11,758 bases of DNA from a virus (taxonomy: Duplodnaviria > Heunggongvirae > Uroviricota > Caudoviricetes), in the IMG/VR virus record IMGVR_UViG_2690316233_000014, one strand, 5' to 3'. Shown piece after piece: positions 1 to 6,773 of the stretch. Position numbers and translations under genes: made by a program. Numbering within the stretch: position 1 is the first letter of the stretch; each line of letters starts with the position of its first letter. The notes under the pieces were generated by a model. The model did not search any database, was not told where the DNA came from, and saw only the letters and a list, made by a program, of their open reading frames with translations.

Positions 1-81
1 GTCATGTGGGATGGCTGGTTCAGACTTCAGGATATGGTTGAGGGTTACCTGGTGATGAAGTCTCTTGATCAGGAGATCTGA
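1..81 (+). CDS. 3' end of a + strand ORF entering from the left edge (partial, 26 codons then TGA at 79-81)
   Basis: Open frame 1 from position 1 to the stop at 79-81. Too short to assign; by P2-type gene order it could be the end of a late gene, which is inference only. Confidence 0.3.
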   Translation, partial: VMWDGWFRLQDMVEGYLVMKSLDQEI

Positions 82-99
82 TCAAGAGACAGGCAACTG

Positions 100-279
100 A
101 TGGGGGCGATGCCGGGCGAAAAAAGTGCGTTTGGTGATGTGGAGAAGGCCGCGCGGGTTTACGCAATTAACGAGCTGATGCCCGTCATGGAGGCCATGAA
201 GCACATCAATGACTGGCTTGGCGAAGAGGTGATCCGCTTTAACCCTTACGCACTGTTAGACACCCAGCCCACATCCTGA
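100..279 (+). CDS. small hypothetical protein, 59 aa (below the ORF-track length cutoff)
   Basis: ATG at 100, TGA at 277-279, weak AGG Shine-Dalgarno upstream. Translation MGAMPGEKSAFGDVEKAARVYAINELMPVMEAMKHINDWLGEEVIRFNPYALLDTQPTS is not low-complexity. Confidence 0.35.
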   Translation: MGAMPGEKSAFGDVEKAARVYAINELMPVMEAMKHINDWLGEEVIRFNPYALLDTQPTS

Positions 280-305
280 CGCGCTTCGCTTGTCTGCTGC
301 TTCGC

Positions 306-330
306 CGGGGCATAAAAAATTTATGCCCCG
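306..330. repeat. perfect palindrome CGGGGCATAAA-AAA-TTTATGCCCCG
   Basis: 11-bp arms with a 3-nt spacer, read directly from the sequence. No U-tract on either side, so more likely a protein-binding site or structural hairpin than a terminator. Confidence 0.5.
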
Positions 331-702
331 ACTCTCCAGCTCCTGTATCAATCAGATAATTTCACGACGCTTTCCTGCTGATTGCCATCATCGACAGTCA
401 GACTCTTACGCAATCCCACCGCGTTGATTGCATGTTCTCGCCGTCTCAGTGCGATTTTGACGGCCTTACCTTTCACCCCATCAAATCAAAAGCCCTCACA
501 TCTTTTTCACGCTCAGCGTGAGAAATACAGCCATTCTGTTGTGTCGCTGCGACATCGTTCAGGGGATGCTATTTACCCCCTGAAACGCGGGCTGTTCCCC
601 CGTCACCTGCGCGCAGAAAAAACGCGTTTTTTTGTGCACGCACGGATCCCTGACGGATCCAGCCGCCACGCGGGCCGGAAGGGCAAAAAGTCGTTCAAAA
701 AA

Positions 703-730
703 ATTGTGCAAATTTGTGCACTATTGTGCA
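703..730. repeat. three direct repeats of (A/T)TTGTGCA phased at exactly 10 bp
   Basis: ATTGTGCA 703-710, TTTGTGCA 713-720, ATTGTGCA 723-730. One-helical-turn phasing suggests cooperative binding on one face of the DNA (iteron or centromere-like). Confidence 0.5.
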
Positions 731-737
731 TTGAAAT

Positions 738-760
738 AAACGCTCTGGAGGAGGGCGTTT
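738..760 (-). terminator. putative intrinsic terminator of the 135-aa gene
   Basis: Stem AAACGCTCT/AGGGCGTTT (9 bp including one G-U) with a 5-nt loop, directly after the TAA at 764-766 and followed on the - strand by AUUUCAAU. The + strand side is also U-rich, so it may act in both directions. Confidence 0.4.
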
Positions 761-763
761 TAC

Positions 764-1171
764 TTATCTTTTATAGCCTTGCCCCTTCCTGGCCAGCGCC
801 CTGATGGCCGGGCGTGCCAACACCATATTTTGGCAATGATGAATTGCCCGGCAAAATTCATCTCTACCCATTGGATGCTCAACTGGCAATGTTAAATACA
901 GGTTCCATGCGTCGCCTAAAAGTTGGGCTATCTTTTGTTCTTCAGATGTCAGCAAGCAAGCGGTATCCGTAAAATAATCATACTTTTCATGTATGTTATT
1001 TAACGGTTTTGTCTGTAGTGCAGCCTGAGCTATACGGTATGCCTGAAGCATACGGGCGTCGTTGATATCCATTCCGAACGGAATTTCTGATGATTGTGAC
1101 TCTGCATCTTCAAGCCTGGCAATTTCTTTACGTAAGAAGTATTTCAACTCTTGTTTCTGTTTTCTGTTCAT
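764..1171 (-). CDS. hypothetical protein, 135 aa
   Basis: ATG at 1171-1169 with AAGGA about 8 nt upstream, TAA at 764-766, and its own upstream and downstream hairpins. Translation is protein-like but I do not recognise a family. Confidence 0.6.
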   Translation of the reverse strand: MNRKQKQELKYFLRKEIARLEDAESQSSEIPFGMDINDARMLQAYRIAQAALQTKPLNNIHEKYDYFTDTACLLTSEEQKIAQLLGDAWNLYLTLPVEHPMGRDEFCRAIHHCQNMVLARPAIRALARKGQGYKR

Positions 1172-1240
1172 GCTTTTTTTCCTTTTTCTCTGTCAATGTG
1201 TTGCATTGTGTCCCCCTTGTTTATGTTCCCGGATTAAAGT

Positions 1241-1264
1241 CATCAGGGCGGATGCGCCCTGATG
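1241..1264 (-). terminator. putative intrinsic terminator after parR
   Basis: 10-bp GC-rich stem CATCAGGGCG/CGCCCTGATG with a 4-nt loop, starting 6 nt after the parR stop (1270-1272) and followed by ACUUUAAU on the - strand. Confidence 0.45.
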
Positions 1265-1269
1265 TTGTG

Positions 1270-1581
1270 TTATTCGGGAAATAACGCCCGGATATTTCCG
1301 GCCATCTGACTGGTTATCTGTGCGGTTGATACTGGCTGTGACGCGGGGCATTCTGTCCTGGTTTGTGTCACTGATAACGCCTCATCGTCAGCCCATGCAG
1401 CCAGTCGGTAAGCCTCTGCTGGATTCATTTTCAGAAGTGCCAGCCCGGCCAGAAAAGCCACGCGTTGGCCGCTTTTGCGGGCTTCTGGTGTAAGGCTGTC
1501 CAGCCAGGCGCATGCTTCGCTTTCGTTCTTGACGGCCGCAGGCTTCAGATAGAAACTTATCCGTCTGGTTGGTGTCGTCAT
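1270..1581 (-). CDS. parR: ParR-like partition adaptor / centromere-binding RHH protein, 103 aa
   Basis: Internal ATG at 1581-1579 preferred over the track start at 1716 (which overlaps parM by 130 nt); strong AAGGAG 7 nt upstream. Sits immediately downstream of parM. Translation MTTPTRRISFYLKP...LDSLTPEARKSG...LAGLAL...LFPE parallels plasmid R1 ParR as I recall it. Confidence 0.75.
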   Translation of the reverse strand: MTTPTRRISFYLKPAAVKNESEACAWLDSLTPEARKSGQRVAFLAGLALLKMNPAEAYRLAAWADDEALSVTQTRTECPASQPVSTAQITSQMAGNIRALFPE

Positions 1582-1585
1582 TGGT

Positions 1586-2545
1586 TTACTCCTTGTCCAT
1601 TGCGTACAGCCCATTAACCAGAGCAAACTGTGGCACCCCGTACGCGATGAAAGTCGCATTAACTCCGCAGGCTTCGCGGATAGCGGGTGCCACAATCTCC
1701 GCCCCGCCACCGACAACCATCACCCGACCGTAACCCGAAAAACCCGCCAGCGCGCGGATCACGCGTTGTTTCAGTGTTTCTTCCTTTTCACGAATAACCG
1801 CCATCAGGCTGGCGTAATGCGCGTCATTGTGGATGTGCTGGCGCAGCCAGGCTTCATCATGGCGATGTTCGATAATGGTATTGGCGATGTGGTGACTGGT
1901 GCGCATACCGTTAGTGGCCATCACCGACAGTACGGCATCGGCCATCAGAGAAACGCCTACGTGTGGATCGCAAAACACCTGGCTGATACCTGCCAGTTGC
2001 CCCTGAACCTTTGCCACATCCAGCGTGGTTCCGCCCAAATCCACAATCAGCAGGGATTCAAACGGACTCATGTCAGCCAGTGCCTTAAAGCCAGCCGGAA
2101 TGGATTCAGGCATAACCCGCACGTTACGGATAGTGAATGCTTCGCCGTTCTGGTACTCCACCGGGCGCATGACGTTCGCTTTTTTGCGGTTGATGTTGGC
2201 CATGTCCGGCTGTGCGTTTGTGTCGAAATACTCGCTCAGTGGCAGGGTGACAACCACATCCACCTCCTGTGGCGTGATGCCTGATTTGACCAGCGCGTGA
2301 TGAATGGCAATGACATTCACATCGCTGTACTGGTATTGCGTGTCGGTCGTCTGGACAAAGCGATCGCTGACCGGATCAAAACCATAGCGCACGCCATCAA
2401 GCATGTAGTTCGCGGGCTGCGTGCCACCGAACGGCGCAGACCATTCCGACTTGAAGCTGTTCGGGCTGATGGCGTTGCGGCGTTCGCCGTTCTCAGTCCA
2501 TGCCAGCTTGATGTTGGTGGAGCCGTCGTCGATACAAATTTTCAT
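1586..2545 (-). CDS. parM: ParM/StbA actin-like segregation ATPase, 319 aa
   Basis: ATG at 2545-2543 with AAGGA upstream, TAA at 1586-1588. N-terminus MKICIDDGSTNIKLAW (actin-fold phosphate-1 motif) plus SPNSF, YQYSDVNV, IHHAL, VMPESIPAG, IVDLGGTTLD and VVGGGAE blocks match plasmid R1 ParM closely as I recall it. Confidence 0.9.
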   Translation of the reverse strand: MKICIDDGSTNIKLAWTENGERRNAISPNSFKSEWSAPFGGTQPANYMLDGVRYGFDPVSDRFVQTTDTQYQYSDVNVIAIHHALVKSGITPQEVDVVVTLPLSEYFDTNAQPDMANINRKKANVMRPVEYQNGEAFTIRNVRVMPESIPAGFKALADMSPFESLLIVDLGGTTLDVAKVQGQLAGISQVFCDPHVGVSLMADAVLSVMATNGMRTSHHIANTIIEHRHDEAWLRQHIHNDAHYASLMAVIREKEETLKQRVIRALAGFSGYGRVMVVGGGAEIVAPAIREACGVNATFIAYGVPQFALVNGLYAMDKE

Positions 2546-2576
2546 GTCGCTTTTCCTTATGTTGATTAATTAATCG

Positions 2577-2615
2577 TTTACGGGATTCTGAAATCCCGTT
2601 TTTGCCTGTTTTGTG
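2577..2615 (+). repeat. hairpin repeat copy 1: TTTACGGGATT-CTGA-AATCCCGT followed by a T-rich tail
   Basis: 8-bp stem ACGGGATT/AATCCCGT (2580-2587 / 2592-2599), 4-nt loop, then TTTTTGCCTGTTTTGTG. Lies between the Rep stop (2622) and the parM start (2545). Terminator-like on the + strand, or a ParR-binding (parC-like) site. Confidence 0.5.
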
Positions 2616-2621
2616 CGCGCT

Positions 2622-5462
2622 TCATATATCGCTGCGCGTTTTTTGGTCATTTACGGGATTCGTGAGTCCCGTTTCTGTCTGTTTTTTGTTTCCGCTGGTC
2701 AGGCCACCCCGCAGCAGGTCTGCTTTGCGGCTGGCGCGTTCAGTGGTTTCACTGATTCTCTGTGCGTGCTCTGCGTCGCGGATGGCGCGCAGCATGTCAG
2801 AAAGCACGGTAACGGGTGTTTTCATGGTGTTCTGGTCCTGCTGAAGTGTGGATGCCAGGCGTGCGGCGGCTTCAGGGTCTGATGCCCCCAGCTGTGCCAG
2901 ATAGCTGGCGACCGGGTTATGGCGGATCTCCGTGCTGCTTACGCCATGATTACGGCTCAGGCGCTGCCAGAGCTGCGTGATTCGGCTGTCCGGGCGGGTA
3001 TCCGGTTTGCGTACAATTTCAAATCCCTGCGGTGCAATGATGCTGCCGTCAACGTACAGACTGCCGCCCCGTAACAGGTGCTGCATCTGTTGTTCACCGA
3101 TATGCAGGCCGAGAGATTCAGCAGACTCCCGCCATTCTTTAGCGAGTAATTCGTGGTTATCAGGCAAAGGCCGCTGCTGTTTGCGGCTCTGTGTCCAGCT
3201 CTGCATTTCATCACTGCTGTTTTTTGCCTGTTTGTCACGAAGCGAATGCATCAGCGCCCGGCGTTCGTGCCGTTTCAGTGAGCGCATCCATTCGTTCACT
3301 TCAACGCCGTCAGGGAGCTGCGGCCACGGTGCTGGCCGTTCTTCCGGCTGTTCTGTCCCGTTGTTGTCCGTTTCCTGTACACGGGGACAGTTATTGCCAC
3401 GAGTCCAAGGGGCGGCAGGGCCGCCCTGAAGGTCAAAACCATTTTCGCGGGCACTGTCTTCCGCTTCCGGTTTGCGTCTTACCAGCTTCCAGTTATCCGG
3501 ATGCGTGCACACACGGGAGGATTCCCCGATGAGTGGTGACCAGATCCCGTAAATCTGTACGCTCTGTTCGCCGTAATCGTTCAGCTCATCGGCGAGGTCG
3601 TAGGCGGTGCGAATCAGGTAGTCCTTGCGTGGAACAAGTACGCCGCCCTGTTTCTCTATGTAGGTGGCAAAACATCCGGCATCAGCGGCGGCAAGAACCG
3701 CATCCATTGCGTCATCCTTCAGCCGTTGCGGGCCTTCCGGGTTGCGTGCCATCTGGCTGGCAAGGCGGCGCAGTTCACGCCATACCTGGCGGGAGGGGAT
3801 GCCAAAGAACTGGAACTGGCGGACCCGGTGAAGGCGCGCCCAGCCGATGGCGCGTTCCACGCTCTCGGCCATTGATTTTCCGGTTTCGTGGTCAACGCGT
3901 GGCTTGCCCGTTTTCGGGTCGATGCCATCCACGGCACGGCTGTCCAGGTTTTTCCCGATGTAGGTGGCGATGTAGCTGGTCGGTGTGCCTTTTGAGCCGT
4001 CGACGTACTCCGCCTTAAAGCGTGGGGTAATATCATCACCCAGCTCGTGACGATCTTCCTGAATGGCAATATCGCGGGTGTGGGACACAATAGTGTCGAT
4101 TTCTTCCGGATGAGCAAAGACCATCATATGCCAGTGCACGGTGCCGTCATGGTGAGGCTCCACCGTGCGGATGCCATACCAGCGCAGGCCGTCGCGGTTC
4201 AGTTTCTTGCGGACCGCCGCAAAAAACGTGTTAACCAGGTAATCGCTGGAGTCGCGCATGGTGGCCCCGTTCCATTTGGGATTCGGATGACCGTTCTCTG
4301 TTGTGGCGTGGTATTTTGACGGGCAGGTGACAGTCAGAAACACCGCTTTGTCGCCACGGGCTTCGGCCAGAAGTTCCAGCCCCTTCATGGTGGCCATCAT
4401 TTCTGCCTTACGGTGAACCGGGTTACTTACTCCCGCGTAATACACTGTCTCGAGATCAATCGTGAACCCATCTTCGTTTTCCAGCATGAAACTTTTCAGG
4501 AAATCGCGTGTTTTCTCGCGCTGTGCGCGAAACTCGCTTAATGCGTCCTGGCTCAGATAGGGCGATGTTTTTCTGGAAACCAGACAGGCGGCGCGGAGTT
4601 GTTCTTCTCTCCACTCGCAACGTAACAGCCACAGTTTGCGTTTCCACCATTCCGCACAGGTCAGGCGAAGGATTGCGCCCGGCAGCAGCTCCGTGTCCGG
4701 TTCGTTCCTCCGGTCTTTATCTGTTGTCAGTGCGTCATAATGTGGAGGCATGATGTGCAGGTGTAACGCCATGCGGGCCAGCATCTGATACGCCTTCAGC
4801 GTTACATCCATGGTCAGTTCGCCATCGGTCGCGCCAAAGCCATCGCAGAGTTTTTCGAAGGTGCTGCTGAACATCGCCGCCGTCATGGTGGCCAGCGTCT
4901 GTATCTGGTGTTTGTTGAGCTGCGGCAGGTAAAGCAAATCGTCCAGGCGTTCGCGTCCGGCAAGGGAGCGATAACCAGGTGTCAGCCAGCGCCCGTCAGT
5001 GCGATCCAGACGTTCGAATATTTTGCGCAGGGTTCCGCGTGTATAGCGTTCCGCCTGCCAGCTCTTTTTGCCTTTCTGACGATCGGCTTCCTGCTTCTTG
5101 CGCAGGAAAGAGAGGTGGCGGCTCAGAGGTTCTCGCAGATAAACGGGAAGCGCCTTCAGTGTGGCAAAGGCACGGGCTACCGGGTCTTGTTCTGTTGCCC
5201 GGCGCTTACTGATGATGCTCTGTGCCAGCTTTTCACGCTGTCCGGCTTCCTCAAGGGATGCCATGAGTTTTTTACCCATGGCGGATTGTGCGAAAAAGGC
5301 TTCTTCCTTCGCTTCCTGTTCTTCCTGTGCCCTTTTGTCCGCCTCAAGGTAGCAACGGATGGCGCGTTGCAGGTCGGTTTCAGTTTCCTGCCTGCGCTCC
5401 GTAAATCTGGCCGGATCAATAGCTGGTCGTGGTTCATTCCAGCTCCATGCAAACGCACTCAT
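2622..5462 (-). CDS. rolling-circle replication initiator, HUH endonuclease of the P2 gpA / phiX174 A type, about 946 aa
   Basis: HUH motif VHWHMMVF (codons near 4128-4136) and paired active-site tyrosines in SYIATYIGK (YxxxY, near 3960-3976). No Walker A motif, so not a P4 alpha primase-helicase. ATG at 5462-5460 forms an ATGA overlap with the upstream stop; the track start at 5489 is GTG. Confidence 0.85.
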   Translation of the reverse strand: MSAFAWSWNEPRPAIDPARFTERRQETETDLQRAIRCYLEADKRAQEEQEAKEEAFFAQSAMGKKLMASLEEAGQREKLAQSIISKRRATEQDPVARAFATLKALPVYLREPLSRHLSFLRKKQEADRQKGKKSWQAERYTRGTLRKIFERLDRTDGRWLTPGYRSLAGRERLDDLLYLPQLNKHQIQTLATMTAAMFSSTFEKLCDGFGATDGELTMDVTLKAYQMLARMALHLHIMPPHYDALTTDKDRRNEPDTELLPGAILRLTCAEWWKRKLWLLRCEWREEQLRAACLVSRKTSPYLSQDALSEFRAQREKTRDFLKSFMLENEDGFTIDLETVYYAGVSNPVHRKAEMMATMKGLELLAEARGDKAVFLTVTCPSKYHATTENGHPNPKWNGATMRDSSDYLVNTFFAAVRKKLNRDGLRWYGIRTVEPHHDGTVHWHMMVFAHPEEIDTIVSHTRDIAIQEDRHELGDDITPRFKAEYVDGSKGTPTSYIATYIGKNLDSRAVDGIDPKTGKPRVDHETGKSMAESVERAIGWARLHRVRQFQFFGIPSRQVWRELRRLASQMARNPEGPQRLKDDAMDAVLAAADAGCFATYIEKQGGVLVPRKDYLIRTAYDLADELNDYGEQSVQIYGIWSPLIGESSRVCTHPDNWKLVRRKPEAEDSARENGFDLQGGPAAPWTRGNNCPRVQETDNNGTEQPEERPAPWPQLPDGVEVNEWMRSLKRHERRALMHSLRDKQAKNSSDEMQSWTQSRKQQRPLPDNHELLAKEWRESAESLGLHIGEQQMQHLLRGGSLYVDGSIIAPQGFEIVRKPDTRPDSRITQLWQRLSRNHGVSSTEIRHNPVASYLAQLGASDPEAAARLASTLQQDQNTMKTPVTVLSDMLRAIRDAEHAQRISETTERASRKADLLRGGLTSGNKKQTETGLTNPVNDQKTRSDI
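2651..2688 (+). repeat. hairpin repeat copy 2: TTTACGGGATT-CGTG-AGTCCCGT followed by a T-rich tail
   Basis: About 35 of 42 positions identical to copy 1 and 73 bp away. Stem ACGGGATT/AGTCCCGT with one G-U pair. Lies inside the last ~20 codons of the Rep ORF. Confidence 0.5.
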
Positions 5463-5848
5463 GGCTGGTATCCCGTCACGCGCTGCCACTCCTGCGAGAA
5501 GAGGGCGGAAAGGCGGTTAAATTCAGCGGTGTATTCACTCAGCGAGGCACACCCGCCAGCAGTGCGATGCGCCAGCATTGCTGCAAATACGGAGGCCGGG
5601 GAGTCGTAATACGCCAGCAGTGATTCGCCGTGCGGTGTCAGGCAGTGTAACGCCAGTCCGTGTGGTGTGAAATCCACGCGGTAGCAGTCGTCTACTGTGA
5701 AATAAAGGGTGTCTGCATTCTCCGGTTTTGTGGTGCGTGCTCTGTTGTCACGACCACGGATGTAGAGATCAAATAACCCCTGAAGAACGGGAGCCAGACG
5801 GGTGTCCTGTGTGCGCACCCATCTTGTGAAGTCATGAGCGTCAATCAT
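5459..5848 (-). CDS. hypothetical protein, 129 aa, translationally coupled to Rep
   Basis: ATG at 5848-5846, TGA at 5459-5461 overlapping the Rep ATG. Family not recognised. Confidence 0.6.
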   Translation of the reverse strand: MIDAHDFTRWVRTQDTRLAPVLQGLFDLYIRGRDNRARTTKPENADTLYFTVDDCYRVDFTPHGLALHCLTPHGESLLAYYDSPASVFAAMLAHRTAGGCASLSEYTAEFNRLSALFSQEWQRVTGYQP

Positions 5849-5920
5849 GCTGCAATTCTCTTTACTACAGATGTGCGAAGGCCTCCCGCCGCAAGGTGCA
5901 GGAAAGGCCCGGAACAGGAA

Positions 5921-6151
5921 TTAATGGAGTTTGTTTTGCTGCTGGATGAGCTGTTGAAGCTCGTGCAGATCATCCGCCAGATAGCTGAAAACAGAGGCGG
6001 AATAAATGTTTGATAGTGCGTGGCTGCGCTCATGCAGCATATTGATGTGCATGATTTGCGCGACGCGTGATGCGCGGGAAAGTCTGCGGTTGATTTCAGT
6101 CTGGATGTGACGACGCTCCGCGATAGCGCGGTGCTGTTTGCGGTCTGCCAT
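5921..6151 (-). CDS. small basic helical protein, 76 aa
   Basis: ATG at 6151-6149 with AGAGG 8 nt upstream, TAA at 5921-5923. Translation MADRKQHRAIAERRHIQTEINRRLSR... is protein-like; preferred over the overlapping Ser/Arg-rich 205-aa track ORF. Confidence 0.55.
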   Translation of the reverse strand: MADRKQHRAIAERRHIQTEINRRLSRASRVAQIMHINMLHERSHALSNIYSASVFSYLADDLHELQQLIQQQNKLH

Positions 6152-6194
6152 GGTGTGGCCTCTTTGCTCGGTGATAGAAATAACTCACCATCCA

Positions 6195-6386
6195 GAGTTG
6201 AGAATCTCGGGGTGGCGAGACGTACAGGGTTCTCAACACCGGAGAGCAAAGAATCCGGCCCGACCGAAGTCGGCCCCGTACGCCCCGCCATAATTCTGAC
6301 GCGAAAAAGACGTGGCAATACAGTACGCACAAAAAAACCGCTTGCGCGGTTATGCGCTTTGCTCTGTATCGGGTTGAGAATCCCGG
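6195..6386 (-). ncRNA. candidate cis-regulatory or small-RNA leader with three related boxes
   Basis: On the + strand, box A GAGTTGAGAATCTCGG (6195-6210) and box C GGGTTGAGAATCCCGG (6371-6386) are 14/16 identical. Box B AGGGTTCTCAACACCGG (6226-6242) is complementary to both over 10-12 bp. A GGCCGAC-UUCG-GUCGGCC hairpin (6257-6276, - strand RNA) and a terminator lie between them. No ORF with a plausible RBS. Confidence 0.4.
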
Positions 6387-6455
6387 CACCCGTTTTATGA
6401 GGTGCAGCGGAAATGTAACCTGACCGATTGAGGCATGGCAAGCGGTTTTTTTGTG
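6328..6455. repeat. perfect 18-bp inverted repeat CACAAAAAAACCGCTTGC / GCAAGCGGTTTTTTTGTG flanking a 92-bp segment
   Basis: Left arm 6328-6345 and right arm 6438-6455 are exact reverse complements. The left arm is half of the - strand terminator; the right arm with CCGATTG...CAAGCGG plus a T7 run resembles a weaker + strand terminator. Confidence 0.55.
6330..6352 (-). terminator. intrinsic terminator or attenuator inside the leader
   Basis: On the - strand: AACCGC-GCAA-GCGGTT followed by seven U residues (GNRA-type tetraloop). Located upstream of the 76-aa, 129-aa and Rep genes. Confidence 0.45.
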
Positions 6456-6473
6456 TGTGCATGTTCTGGTTTC

Positions 6474-6773
6474 TTACTGGTTCAGAAAAAAATCAAAAAC
6501 GTTATCGATGCGTTGCAGCAGCTCTTGCTGCATTGCTTCCGGCGTTTCCGGTTCGCCAGGTGCCCCCAGCGTTGCGCAGAAATCAGCGATTTCATGATGG
6601 AGCGTCAGGCGAATGGCAGGAGCCGTGGTTCTGGCGTGCTCCAGCTCATTCAGCAGTGCCAGCACAGCAGACGGCGAGAGCATTGCGCGAAATGCCAGTA
6701 ATTTTTGAGGCGTTGCCATTCGTTGCAGGGCAAATGCCAGTTCGCGTAGCTTCTGGTGGTTGATGGTGCTCAT
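6474..6773 (-). CDS. hypothetical protein, 99 aa
   Basis: ATG at 6773-6771 in an ATGA overlap with the upstream stop; TAA at 6474-6476. Family not recognised. Confidence 0.6.
   Translation of the reverse strand: MSTINHQKLRELAFALQRMATPQKLLAFRAMLSPSAVLALLNELEHARTTAPAIRLTLHHEIADFCATLGAPGEPETPEAMQQELLQRIDNVFDFFLNQ

Noticed and set aside
306-330. Palindrome at 306-330 as an intrinsic terminator
   Set aside because: No U-tract follows the stem in either orientation.
382-804. 140-aa + strand track ORF
   Set aside because: TTG start, no Shine-Dalgarno, runs through dense palindromes and a terminator hairpin, and overlaps the 3' end of the - strand 135-aa gene.
2622-5489. Large ORF as a P4 alpha-type primase-helicase
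   Set aside because: No Walker A (GxxxxGKS/T) motif was found, whereas an HUH motif and a YxxxY tyrosine pair are present; a rolling-circle gpA-type initiator fits better.
2957-5623. Multiple 60-233-aa track ORFs on both strands inside the Rep gene
   Set aside because: All are embedded in or antisense to the long Rep frame and have low-complexity Arg/Cys/Ser-rich translations typical of GC-rich out-of-frame reads.
5845-6462. 205-aa - strand track ORF spanning the leader and the 76-aa gene
   Set aside because: Ser/Arg/Pro-rich low-complexity translation in a different frame from the protein-like 76-aa ORF, and it runs through a terminator and hairpins. It does abut neighbouring genes neatly, so it is not fully excluded.
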